Source: Gemmatimonadaceae bacterium (GTDB taxonomy: Bacteria > Gemmatimonadota > Gemmatimonadetes > Gemmatimonadales > Gemmatimonadaceae). From it: a stretch of 64,000 nucleotides of DNA. The DNA is taken from assembly GCA_040901985.1 (NCBI GenBank), contig JBBDYC010000008.1, forward strand, positions 176,490 to 240,489, read 5' to 3'. The translations under genes were made by a program, and so were the position numbers. The notes under the pieces are model-generated. The model did not search any database. It saw only the letters and a program-made list of their open reading frames with translations, and had not been told where the DNA came from. Shown piece by piece: positions 47,637-56,948 of the stretch (positions are counted from its first letter, which is position 1; each line of letters opens with the position of its first letter).

Positions 47637-48809
47637 ATGCGCTCATCCGTCCGTTCGCTGTCGTCGCGCCTCGTGCCGGCGCTCCTCGCGTTGGCGGCCT
47701 GCCAGCCGGCACCGGACGTCCTTGCCCAGCTTGCCGGTACCCCGTCGCCGCAGCCGGCGTCCACGTCGGGCGTCGTCACGGTCGAGACGGTGGCGCGTGG
47801 CCTGGTGAACCCGTGGGGCCTCGCCTTCCTGCCCGATGGGAGGATGCTCGTCACCGAGCGCCCCGGCCGCCTGCGCATCGTGGGCGTGGACGGCGCGCTC
47901 TCGGCTCCCGTCGGCGGCGTGCCGACGGTCGCCGCGTCGGGCCAGGGTGGGCTGCTCGACGTCGAGCTCGACCCGCAGTTCGCGTCCAATGCGCTGGTCT
48001 ATCTCTCGTACGCCGAGCCGGGGGACGGCGGCGCCGGAACGGCCGTCGCCCGCGGGCGACTCGAGGGGAACGCACTCGTTGACGTACAGGTGATCTACAG
48101 GCAGCGGCCGAAGGTGCGTGGCAGCGGCCACTTCGGGTCCCGGCTCGTCTTTGCACGCAACGGCGCGCTCTTCATCACGCAGGGCGACCGCCAGGGCTAC
48201 CGCGAGCGTGCGCAGGATCTCGGTTCGGGAATCGGGAAGATCGTCCGCGTGCACCCGGACGGGTCGGTTCCCGTTGACAACCCCTTTGCCGACCGCGACG
48301 ACGCGCTGCCGGAGATCTGGTCGTACGGCCACCGCAACGCGCAGGGGGCGGCGCTCCATCCGGGGACCGGACAGCTCTGGACCGTCGAGCACGGCGCGCG
48401 TGGCGGCGATGAGCTCAACCATCCCGAGCCGGGCCTCAACTACGGCTGGCCGGTGATCACCTACGGTCGCGACTACTCCGGATTCTCGATCGGCCAAGGC
48501 ACGGCGAAGGCGGGGATGGAACAGCCGGTCTACTACTGGGATCCGGTGATCGCGCCGTCGGGGATGGCCTTCTACACCGGCGACCGATACGACGGGTGGC
48601 GTGGGAGCGTGTTGATCGGGTCGCTGAGTCCGGGGCTGTTGGTGCGCCTGGAACTCGCCAACGGACGCGTCGTGCGAGAGACGCGCTACCTCGGCGAACT
48701 GCGCGAACGGATCCGTGAGGTGGCCGAGGGCCCTGACGGATTCGTCTATCTTCTCACCGACAGTCCGGACGGGCGCGTGCTGCGCGTGGTGCCGACGCCG
48801 CCCCGATGA
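47637..48809 (+). CDS. PQQ-dependent sugar dehydrogenase (YliI/GSDH family) lipoprotein
   Basis: Lipobox LAAC, PWGLAFLPDG, GHFGSR, YGHRNAQG, EHGARGGDELN, NYGWP. Confidence 0.93.
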   Translation: MRSSVRSLSSRLVPALLALAACQPAPDVLAQLAGTPSPQPASTSGVVTVETVARGLVNPWGLAFLPDGRMLVTERPGRLRIVGVDGALSAPVGGVPTVAASGQGGLLDVELDPQFASNALVYLSYAEPGDGGAGTAVARGRLEGNALVDVQVIYRQRPKVRGSGHFGSRLVFARNGALFITQGDRQGYRERAQDLGSGIGKIVRVHPDGSVPVDNPFADRDDALPEIWSYGHRNAQGAALHPGTGQLWTVEHGARGGDELNHPEPGLNYGWPVITYGRDYSGFSIGQGTAKAGMEQPVYYWDPVIAPSGMAFYTGDRYDGWRGSVLIGSLSPGLLVRLELANGRVVRETRYLGELRERIREVAEGPDGFVYLLTDSPDGRVLRVVPTPPR

Positions 48810-49917
48810 TGCGCACCGCGCGCATTGCAGCACTCGCCGCTATCGTCACGACCGGCGCCGCCGCGCAGTCGGAGCTCGTCCTCCCGCGCGATGCCGACCC
48901 GAACGACTGGGAAGCGTACTTCGACCTCGGCGTCTCCCACGTCCGGAGCAAGCCGGCGCTCGCCGAGGCGGCGTTCATGATGGCGTCGTCCCTCGACCCG
49001 TCGCGGGCCGAGCCGATCTTCGCCCGCTACGTGACGTTCTGGTTGCGGACGCCGATGGAGGACTATCTCGCGTATCTGGATGGGAACGAGGCGATGTGGC
49101 GTCGGCCGCACGTGCAGATGGCCGATTCGCTCCTCTCGCTCTCGCTGCGACGCAATCCGTTCGTGCATCGCGGGCTGGAGCTCCTGATGTTCGACCGGTT
49201 CCCCGGCCGCTACCGGACCGACCCTGCGACGCGGGCCTGGATCGAGTACTCGGCGGGGAAGTTCCAGGAGGCGATCCGGATCCAGACGCCGGCGATCGAT
49301 CGGAATCCGCGGGGGACGATCTGGCTGCGCTACGACCGCGCGCTGAGCCGCGTCGCCGACCGTGACCTCGCCGGCGCGCTCACCGACCTGCAGTTCATCC
49401 TTGACGAACTGCGGCGGCAGGAGGAGGTGGCAAGGAGCTGCGCTACTATCGATCGAAGCACGCCCTGCTCTATATGATCGGACTGATCCGCGTCCAGCAG
49501 GGCGACTACGCGGGCGCGCGGGAAGCGTTCGGCGAGGCGCTCGTGGAGAACGCCGGATTCGCGCACGCGCAGGCGGCCCTCGGCCTCCTCTCCCGCACGG
49601 AGCGGAAGATGACGCAGGCGCTGGAGGAGCACACCGCCGCGGCCGGACTCCTCCCCTCGGACCAGGTGCTCCAGCTACAGCACGCCCAGGCGCTCTTCGA
49701 TGCCGGGCGATTCGAGGCGGCGGTGCAGGCGGCCGAGCGGGTGGCGGCCGCCGAGCCACGGTGGGCGGCGCCGCACCTGTTGATGGGGCGGGCCCGCGAC
49801 CGGCAGCGTCGCACGGCCGAGGCGACCGAGCACTACCGCGCGTACCTCGCCCGTGCGACGCGGACCGACCCACAGGCGCCGGCGCTCCGCGCGCGAGTCG
49901 GCAGCACGCCGCCCTGA
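48806..49917 (+). pseudogene. TPR protein split by a 1-nt frameshift near 49426 (pseudogene or sequencing error)
   Basis: ORFs 48806-49477 and 49474-49917 align end-to-end with paralogue 55746-56948. The shifted frame KELRYYRSKHALLYMIG matches DVVFYDSKALYEYSIG. Confidence 0.75.
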
Positions 49918-49923
49918 CGCGCC

Positions 49924-51180
49924 TCAGGGAATCAGCAGCAGCGTCGCCAGTCCGAGCAGCATCCCCATACTGACGACGTCGGTCGCGGTGGTCAGGAAGA
50001 TGCTCGATGCCGTGGCCGGGTCGGCGCCGGCGCGCCGAAGGATGAGCGGGATCATCGCGCCGGCGATTCCACTGATCACGCAGGCGCCGGTCATCGCCGC
50101 CACGACGATCAGCGCCAACGGCAAGGCCTGCGGATGTCCCTGCATCGTGGCGACGAAAAACATTCCGGCGCCCGCGGTGAGGCCCACCAGCCCGCCGTTC
50201 AGCGTGCCGAGGAGCGCCTCCTTGGCGACGAGCATTCGCTCAGTGCCGCCCCGCAGTTCGCCGAGCGTCATCCCGCGGAGCGTGACGGCGAGGGCCTGAC
50301 ACCCGGTGTTCCCCGACTGGCCGGCGAGGACCGGGAGGAAGAGCGCGAGAATCACCATCTGGTCGAGCGTGCCCTGGAAGATCCCGACGACGCCGGCGGC
50401 GAGGAAGGCGGTGAGCAGGTTGAGCTGCAGCCAAGGGTGGCGGAACTTGAGACTGCGCGGCCACGGCGTGAGCAGCCGCTCCTCCTCGTCCACGCCGACC
50501 ATCCGGCCGGGCTGCGCGCTGATCTCGAAGGCCTGCTCCTGGAACATCGCGGCGCCGCGCACCTGGCCGAGCAACCGCCCGACGTCGTCGCACACCGGAT
50601 AGACCGGGTAGTGGCGATGGACGACGAGCTTCATCGCGTCCTCGAGCGGCATCGTCGGTTGCAGCGCGAAGACGTCGCGCAGCATCAGGTCCTCGAGCCG
50701 AGCGCTGTCGTCCGCGGTGACGAGGTCGCGCATCGTGGCGACGCCGACGAGCCGGTGCGCGCGGTCCACGACGAAGCAGTAGGTGAAGAAGACGCCCTTG
50801 GGGAGCTCGCGCACACGTTGCGACGCCTCGGCGACCGTCTGCTCGGGGTGGAAGAACGCCGGCGGCGTCTCCATCAGGCGCCCGACGCTTTCGTCCTCGA
50901 ACGAGAGGTTGAGCGACCACTGCCGCGTGACCCCGAGCGGCGCCGCCGCAAAAATGTCCTCGCGCTTCTCTTCCTCGAGTTCCGGGATGATGTCGCCGAC
51001 GACGGCGGGATTGATCTGCTGGAGGACTGCAGCCGCGGTGGCGTCATCGAGTTGTTCGAGCGCGTCGGCGGCCTCGGCCTTGCCCAAGCGACTGATGTCC
51101 GTGGCGATCTGCTCATTGGACTGCGGGCCACTCTTGCGGGCGCCGCGTGAGCGGCGGGAGGCCTTGGGGCCGTCGGTCAC
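49924..51180 (-). CDS. mgtE: magnesium transporter MgtE
   Basis: MgtE N domain, CBS pair (VGRLME, GRLLGQV), TM motifs RHPWL, GQSGNTGCQ, DPATAS, TTATDV. GTG start inferred. Confidence 0.9.
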   Translation of the reverse strand: MTDGPKASRRSRGARKSGPQSNEQIATDISRLGKAEAADALEQLDDATAAAVLQQINPAVVGDIIPELEEEKREDIFAAAPLGVTRQWSLNLSFEDESVGRLMETPPAFFHPEQTVAEASQRVRELPKGVFFTYCFVVDRAHRLVGVATMRDLVTADDSARLEDLMLRDVFALQPTMPLEDAMKLVVHRHYPVYPVCDDVGRLLGQVRGAAMFQEQAFEISAQPGRMVGVDEEERLLTPWPRSLKFRHPWLQLNLLTAFLAAGVVGIFQGTLDQMVILALFLPVLAGQSGNTGCQALAVTLRGMTLGELRGGTERMLVAKEALLGTLNGGLVGLTAGAGMFFVATMQGHPQALPLALIVVAAMTGACVISGIAGAMIPLILRRAGADPATASSIFLTTATDVVSMGMLLGLATLLLIP

Positions 51181-51309
51181 AGCGAAGCTCCGGAATTGGG
51201 CATGCGCAAAGATGCGTGGCCCGTGCGGACGGCACCAGCGCGTACGGCGTGCTGGACGCCGGGCGGCGATGGCGCGAAGTTCTCCGTTCCCCTCCTCGGA
51301 GTCCTTCGA

Positions 51310-51723
51310 ATGAACCCGACCCTGCGTGTGGTGCTGGCGGTGCTGGCCGGTGTGCTCTTCGGCGGGCTGGTCGTCGCCGGGGTCGAGGCGGCGAACGGCC
51401 TCATCCACGCGATGCCGGAGGGCCTCGACCGGAGCGACCCCGGGGCGATGCGGGCATTCGTGGCCGGGCTGCCCGCCCTGGCGTTCGTCCTGCTGCTCGT
51501 CGGGTGGCTGCTCGGGACCTTTCTCGGCGGTGCGCTCGCCGTGCGGATGGCCGGCCAGAGGCCGGCGCTGGTCGCCGGCATCGTCGGCGGGGTGATCCTC
51601 GCGGCGACCGTGATGAACCTGGTGATGCTCCCGCATCCGATTTGGGTCGTGATCGGCGCCGTCGTCGGGATTCCCGCCGCGGCCTGGCTCGCCGGCCGAA
51701 CGCTCCCCGGGCCGACCGCGTAG
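51310..51723 (+). CDS. small 4-TM membrane protein (hypothetical)
   Basis: Four hydrophobic segments and NLVMLPHPIW motif. Confidence 0.75.
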   Translation: MNPTLRVVLAVLAGVLFGGLVVAGVEAANGLIHAMPEGLDRSDPGAMRAFVAGLPALAFVLLLVGWLLGTFLGGALAVRMAGQRPALVAGIVGGVILAATVMNLVMLPHPIWVVIGAVVGIPAAAWLAGRTLPGPTA

Positions 51724-51764
51724 CCAGGACAATTGCCCACCTCCTTCACTCCGTCCCGCTGACA

Positions 51765-53639
51765 ATGCGTTCCTTCCATCGCCTTCTCCGGCCGGCGCTG
51801 CTCGCGCTGGCGCTCCTCCCTGCCGTCGCCGCCGCCCAGTTCGGCGGATTCGGTGGCGGCCAGCAGACCCCGCGCGACACGGTGCGACGCGTCCACGTGG
51901 TGCCCGGCCAGCGCGACGGTGCGAGCATGTTCCCGCTCACGAACTACCCGGAGATGCAGCCGAAGGAATGGGGCGTGATGGACTTCCAGCATTACCACAC
52001 GACCGCTGAGCTCAACTATTGGATGGAGCGCTGGGCGCGTGAGCGGCCGGAGCTCGTGGAGATGGTCGAGGTCGGCCGGTCGTTCGGCGACCAGCCGATT
52101 TACCAGTTGATCGTCACCAACACCCGGACCGGTGCGCACACCACCAAGCCGGCGGCGTTCTTCGAGGGGGGCCGCCACTCGGGGGAGATCACCTCGTCCG
52201 AGAGTGTGCTCTGGCTCGCCTGGCACGTGATCGAGAACTACGGGCGCGACGCGGCGATCACCAAGCTGCTCGACGAGAAAGTCCTCTATCTCCGGCCGAA
52301 CAACAATCCCGACGGCGCGGATATGTACAAGCTCACCGCGCAGGCCAACCGGAGCTCGGTGCGCCCCGTGGACAACGACGACGATGGCCTGTTCGACGAG
52401 GACGCGGGCGAGGACCTCGACGGCGACGGCCATATCCGCCAGATGCGGAAGTTTGTCGGCGCCGGGAAGGGCACGCACGTGGTGGACACGATGGACGCGA
52501 AGGGCCGCCTGATGCGCGCGGTAGGGACGGGCAACGGCGACTACCTGCTCTACCCGGAGGGCATTGATAACGACAAGGATGGCCGCTTCAACGAGGACGG
52601 CGTCGGCGGGCTGGACCTCCACCGCAACTATCCCTACAACTGGCGTCCGATGGTCGAGGCGACCGGCCGCGGCTTCACCCAGTTCGGTGCCGGCGAGTAC
52701 CCACTCTCCGAGCCCGAGACGCGCGCTGTCTTTCTCTGGCAGGTGCGCCACCCGAACATCAGCGTGACCAACTCGATGGACACACAGGTGCCGATGCATC
52801 TCCGCGGACCGTCCACCTGCGAGGAGCGCGAGTGCATGTTCCCGCAGGACCTGCGCCTCTTCCAGTACTTCGATTCGGTCGGCCTCTCGTTCACGAACTA
52901 TCCCTGGGCGGGCGACGTCTATCGCACCTATGCGACGCGCTCTGCGCCGCCGGGCGAGGGGCAACCAAATCCGCTCTTCGGCCACGGTCCGGACTTCGGC
53001 TACTTCCAGATGGGCCAGATCTGGTACGGCGACGAGCTCTGGAACGGCGGTCGTGAGCGCGACTACGACGGCGACGGGCGCGTTGACCAGTACGAGGTCC
53101 TCCGCTACTGCGACGAGGAGTTCGGCGGCACGTGCTTCCAGGCCTGGACGAAGTTCCAGCACCCTGACCTCGGCGAGGTCGAGATCGGCGGCTACAACCC
53201 GAAGTTCTATTCGCAGAATGGCCCGCCGCAGGTGCTCGAGAAGTGGGCGCGCAACCAGGCGCTCTTCAACCTCGCGATGGCGATGGAACTGCCGAAGGTC
53301 GAGATCACCGGGGTGCGCGTCGCGCGCGTGCGTGCCTCGGCGGACTCGGCGACGCACGAGGTGCGTGTCACCGTGCACAATGGCGGGCGGATCCCGACCG
53401 CACTGGAGCAGGCGAAGCGCGTGAAGATCGTCCGCCCCGACCTCCTCACCGTGAGCGGCCCGCGCGGCTCGACGGCCCGCCCGGTCGGCCGCCCGGTGGA
53501 ATTCCACCTCAACGGACGCGAGACCCGGACGCTGACGGTGCGCGTACGCGTCCCCGCCGGAGAGAGCGTGGAGATGCAGGCGCGGGTGACGAGTACGCGC
53601 GGCGGAGTGGCCGAGCGGGCGGTGCGGATCACGCCGTAG
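51765..53639 (+). CDS. exported M14-family zinc carboxypeptidase-like protein with DxDxDG Ca-binding loops
   Basis: Signal peptide, VGRSF, GRHSGE (HxxE), NNPDG, DLHRNYP, YPLSEPET. Confidence 0.88.
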   Translation: MRSFHRLLRPALLALALLPAVAAAQFGGFGGGQQTPRDTVRRVHVVPGQRDGASMFPLTNYPEMQPKEWGVMDFQHYHTTAELNYWMERWARERPELVEMVEVGRSFGDQPIYQLIVTNTRTGAHTTKPAAFFEGGRHSGEITSSESVLWLAWHVIENYGRDAAITKLLDEKVLYLRPNNNPDGADMYKLTAQANRSSVRPVDNDDDGLFDEDAGEDLDGDGHIRQMRKFVGAGKGTHVVDTMDAKGRLMRAVGTGNGDYLLYPEGIDNDKDGRFNEDGVGGLDLHRNYPYNWRPMVEATGRGFTQFGAGEYPLSEPETRAVFLWQVRHPNISVTNSMDTQVPMHLRGPSTCEERECMFPQDLRLFQYFDSVGLSFTNYPWAGDVYRTYATRSAPPGEGQPNPLFGHGPDFGYFQMGQIWYGDELWNGGRERDYDGDGRVDQYEVLRYCDEEFGGTCFQAWTKFQHPDLGEVEIGGYNPKFYSQNGPPQVLEKWARNQALFNLAMAMELPKVEITGVRVARVRASADSATHEVRVTVHNGGRIPTALEQAKRVKIVRPDLLTVSGPRGSTARPVGRPVEFHLNGRETRTLTVRVRVPAGESVEMQARVTSTRGGVAERAVRITP

Positions 53640-54474
53640 CGATTGCCGGGAAGCGTTGGGCGAGCCAAGCGCCGAGGCGCGCGTACACCGGCGCGGCGGC
53701 ATCGCCCTCGTTCAGGATCTCGTGGTAGAGCGCGTCGAAGCGCTCGGCCTCGACGACCGACGGCGGAGCGGCGGCGGCAAAGGCGTCGCTGCCGCGCGCG
53801 GCGACCAGCCGGTCGGCGCCTGAATAGAGGAGCAGCGTCGGCACGGTCCACCGCGGCGCCGCGGCGACCGCCGCCGCGCCGCTCGCCACGATCACCCGCG
53901 CGAGCCGCGCCGTCACGCGGTCGTGCACCAGCGCGTCCGCCCGGTAGGCTCGAACCACCGCCGCGTCGTGTGCGATAAAGTTCGAGTCGAGGCCGTTCCC
54001 GAGCGCGAGGTCGGGCGCCAGCGCGTGACCGACGACGAGCTGCAGGCGCTGGAAGGCATTGAGTCCGGCGTCGAGCGCGGGTGAGGTCAGGACGAGCCCG
54101 TCCACACGCCGGCGGTGCTCGGCAACGAAACGCGCCGCAATCGCGCCCCCCATCGAGTGGCCGAGCAGGACCAGCGGCCCGCCGGTCGGTCGCAGGTGGT
54201 CCACCACCAGCGCGAGATCGGCGAACGGATCGTCGGCGGTGCGGAGTCCGCCCCGACGACCGTCGGAAAGGCCGTGGCCGCGCTGGTCGAAGCCCGCCGC
54301 GTCCCAACCCCAGCCACGCAGCGCCGCGGCGACATTCGCGTAGCGACCGCTGTGCTCGCCGAGCCCGTGGACGATCAGCACCAGGCCGCGTGGCCGAGCG
54401 CCGGCCTGCCAACGCCGGACGGCAACGCGAGTTCCGTCGGGCGTAATCAGGGTGCTGATGGGGGCGTCGGACAT
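53629..54474 (-). CDS. lysophospholipase/monoglyceride lipase (alpha/beta hydrolase)
   Basis: VHGLGEHSGRY, DQRGHGLS, GHSMGG, YHEILNE. Confidence 0.92.
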   Translation of the reverse strand: MSDAPISTLITPDGTRVAVRRWQAGARPRGLVLIVHGLGEHSGRYANVAAALRGWGWDAAGFDQRGHGLSDGRRGGLRTADDPFADLALVVDHLRPTGGPLVLLGHSMGGAIAARFVAEHRRRVDGLVLTSPALDAGLNAFQRLQLVVGHALAPDLALGNGLDSNFIAHDAAVVRAYRADALVHDRVTARLARVIVASGAAAVAAAPRWTVPTLLLYSGADRLVAARGSDAFAAAAPPSVVEAERFDALYHEILNEGDAAAPVYARLGAWLAQRFPAIATA

Positions 54475-54556
54475 CGGCGTGGGGAGGGCTGGCACAATGG
54501 TAGCGCGCCCGTCAGCTTGCGGATATCCCGATTTCCTGACCGCCCGAGGGGCGCTG

Positions 54557-55255
54557 ATGCCAGTTTTCGCCGCCATCGCACTTCTTTTCGCCCTGGCGCC
54601 GCTCGCCGCTCAGGATGCGGTGGCGCCGGCGCCCCGGCCGGCGGCCAGCGAGCTGGTCGTGCTCGTACACGGTATGGGCCGGACCTCGTGGTCAATGCGG
54701 CCACTGGCCGAGGCGCTCGAGGATGCGGGCTTTGACGTGGTGAACATCGGCTACTCGAGTCTCTGCTGCAGCATCGCCGAACTTGGCGCCGCCGTGCAGC
54801 AGGAGCTCGCCGAGCACCGTGCGCCACAGCACCGCGTGGTGCACTTCGTGGGCCACAGCCTTGGCAGCATCATCGTCCGTTGGATCCTGACCCACGCGCC
54901 GCCGCCGGGCGTTGGTCGGGTCGTGATGCTCGCGCCGCCGAACCAGGGTTCGCACTCGGCCGATCGTTACACACCGGTCCTCGGCTGGTTGCTCGAGCCG
55001 ATGGCCGAGCTGCGCACCGACTCGTCGGCGACCGTGCGCACGCTTGGTCGCGTCACCGGCGTGGAGATCGGCGTGATCGCGGCGCGACAAGACGGCAAGC
55101 TGTCGCTCGAGGAGACCCATCTCCCCGAGGAGACCGCGCACACGGTGGTTGACGGCACGCACGCATTTCTGATGCGGCGTGCCGAAGTGCATCACCTGAC
55201 CGTCGGATTCCTGCGAACAGGACGCTTCGACGTTCCGGCGACGGCGGCGCGGTGA
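54557..55255 (+). CDS. exported lipase-like alpha/beta hydrolase
   Basis: Signal peptide, LVHGM, FVGHSLG, LAPPNQGS, DGKL, THAFL. Confidence 0.85.
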   Translation: MPVFAAIALLFALAPLAAQDAVAPAPRPAASELVVLVHGMGRTSWSMRPLAEALEDAGFDVVNIGYSSLCCSIAELGAAVQQELAEHRAPQHRVVHFVGHSLGSIIVRWILTHAPPPGVGRVVMLAPPNQGSHSADRYTPVLGWLLEPMAELRTDSSATVRTLGRVTGVEIGVIAARQDGKLSLEETHLPEETAHTVVDGTHAFLMRRAEVHHLTVGFLRTGRFDVPATAAR

Positions 55256-55641
55256 GCGCGCCGTCCGTGCCTCCGGCACCGGCACTCTACTACGACACCG
55301 AGTGCCCGCTCTGCACGCGGAGCGCGCGTTTGATCCGTCGCCTCGACCGGCGGGGGACACTACGATACGTGTCGCTGCAGGGACCCGACGGCCGGGCGCT
55401 CGTCGAGGCGCACCCCGCGCTGCGCACGGTGGATTCGGTCATCTGGTGCGAGCCCGCGGGGCCGGACGGCGTGCCGTTGCCGCTTGTGCATTCAGATGCC
55501 GTGCTCGCCGTTGCCGCGTACCTCGGTGGCATTTGGGCTGTGTTCGGGGTGCTTGCGCGGCTCGTACCGCGGCCGGCGCGCGACCGCGTCTATCGCTGGG
55601 TGGCCCGTCACCGGCCGCGCGCGGAACACTGCGCATTGTGA
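55252..55641 (+). CDS. DCC-family thiol-disulfide oxidoreductase (DUF393)
   Basis: YDTECPLC (DxxCxxC), SLQ, RDRVYRWVARHR. Confidence 0.9.
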   Translation: MSAPSVPPAPALYYDTECPLCTRSARLIRRLDRRGTLRYVSLQGPDGRALVEAHPALRTVDSVIWCEPAGPDGVPLPLVHSDAVLAVAAYLGGIWAVFGVLARLVPRPARDRVYRWVARHRPRAEHCAL

Positions 55642-55745
55642 GTCCAGGCGCGGTGGCACGAATCAGCCCTTGACGGCGCGGAGTTGGCATAGGAAACTGG
55701 CGCATCCCCCGCTCCCTCGCCCGCTACTGTGCGGAGGTTTCACTG

Positions 55746-56948
55746 ATGCGCCCGATCCTGACCTTCTGTGCGCTGGTGCTCGCGCTCCCGATTCCGCTGC
55801 AGGGCCAGCGGGAACGCGCGCCGCGCCGTCCCCGGCTGGCGGCCGGCGCCGACACGAACGACGCCCAGGCCTACCTGCAGCAAGGACACCGGGTGCTCGA
55901 GCAGAATCCCGGGGCGGCGGCGAACGCCTACTACTGGGCCGTGCGGATTGACCCGGCCTCGGCCGCCGCGCTCTACAGTCTTCGGATGGCCGTGCTGATG
56001 CAACGACCGACGCCATTCCGGGCCTATATGGAGGGGAATCGGCGCGTCATCTTCTCGCGGGAGATGCGGGCCAACGATTCGCTGATGTTCCGCGCGCTGC
56101 AGATGGACCCGTTCCTCCATCTCCAACACAGCCGGGTCGTGCAGTTCCGTTACTGGCGCCAGATCGTTGAGTCGGACCCGGCGCTGGCGGGCACCAACCC
56201 AGGCCGGGTGGACTTCATAATCGAGGACCTGTTCAACCGGACCCCCCCGGGCACCCGGGCGCGCCTCGCCGCCGCCGAAGGCCGCTTCGACTATGCCATC
56301 CGGCTCTACGGCGAGGCGATCGAGGCGTCGAAGAAGCCGGCGTACCTCTATCTCGATCGCGGCGGCGTGTACGCGCTCCAGGGGATGAACGCCCCCGCCA
56401 TTCGGGACATCGGCATCGGGCTGACCGAGCTGAAGAAGGAGGACGCCGACGAGGAAGAGGACGTCGTCTTCTACGACTCCAAGGCGCTGTACGAGTACAG
56501 CATCGGCGTGCTCTGGCTCCGTCAGGGCGACGTCGAGCAGGCGCGGCTGGCCTTTGGTCGCGCAATGGAGGAAGACCTCAGCTTCTATCCGGCGCACACG
56601 GCGCTCGCTCGTCTCGCGCTCGAGACGGGCGACACGGCGACGGCGCTCAGCGAGATGGCGCTGGCGGCCGAGCTCGCGCCGCGGGAGGCCGCCGTCCACT
56701 ACCAGCACGGCGAACTCCTGCTGGCCGCAGGCGAGGCCGCGGACGCGGTGGCGCCACTCCGCAAGGCGATTGAACTCGAGCCCTACTATGCCAACCCGCA
56801 GTTCACTCTCGCCGAGACGCTGGCGCGGACGAGCGATGCCGCCGGCGCGCGCGAGGCGTATCAGCGGTTCCTCGCCCTCGCCACGCGACGCGATCCACGG
56901 CGGGCCGCCGCCACTGCGGCGTTGACCGCCGACGGAGGTGCGCCCTGA
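55746..56948 (+). CDS. exported TPR-repeat protein
   Basis: Signal peptide and multiple TPR helices (AVAPLRKAIELEPYYANPQFTLA). GGAGG RBS upstream. Confidence 0.85.
   Translation: MRPILTFCALVLALPIPLQGQRERAPRRPRLAAGADTNDAQAYLQQGHRVLEQNPGAAANAYYWAVRIDPASAAALYSLRMAVLMQRPTPFRAYMEGNRRVIFSREMRANDSLMFRALQMDPFLHLQHSRVVQFRYWRQIVESDPALAGTNPGRVDFIIEDLFNRTPPGTRARLAAAEGRFDYAIRLYGEAIEASKKPAYLYLDRGGVYALQGMNAPAIRDIGIGLTELKKEDADEEEDVVFYDSKALYEYSIGVLWLRQGDVEQARLAFGRAMEEDLSFYPAHTALARLALETGDTATALSEMALAAELAPREAAVHYQHGELLLAAGEAADAVAPLRKAIELEPYYANPQFTLAETLARTSDAAGAREAYQRFLALATRRDPRRAAATAALTADGGAP

Noticed and set aside
49912..49929. Hairpin ccctga-cgcgcc-tcaggg considered as a terminator
   Set aside because: The 6-bp stem is formed by two convergent stop codons and has no U-tract.
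55642..55745. Possible sigma-54 promoter (TGGCAC) upstream of the TPR gene
   Set aside because: The GG-N10-GC spacing is not met. The nearby TTGACG has only a weak -10 partner.
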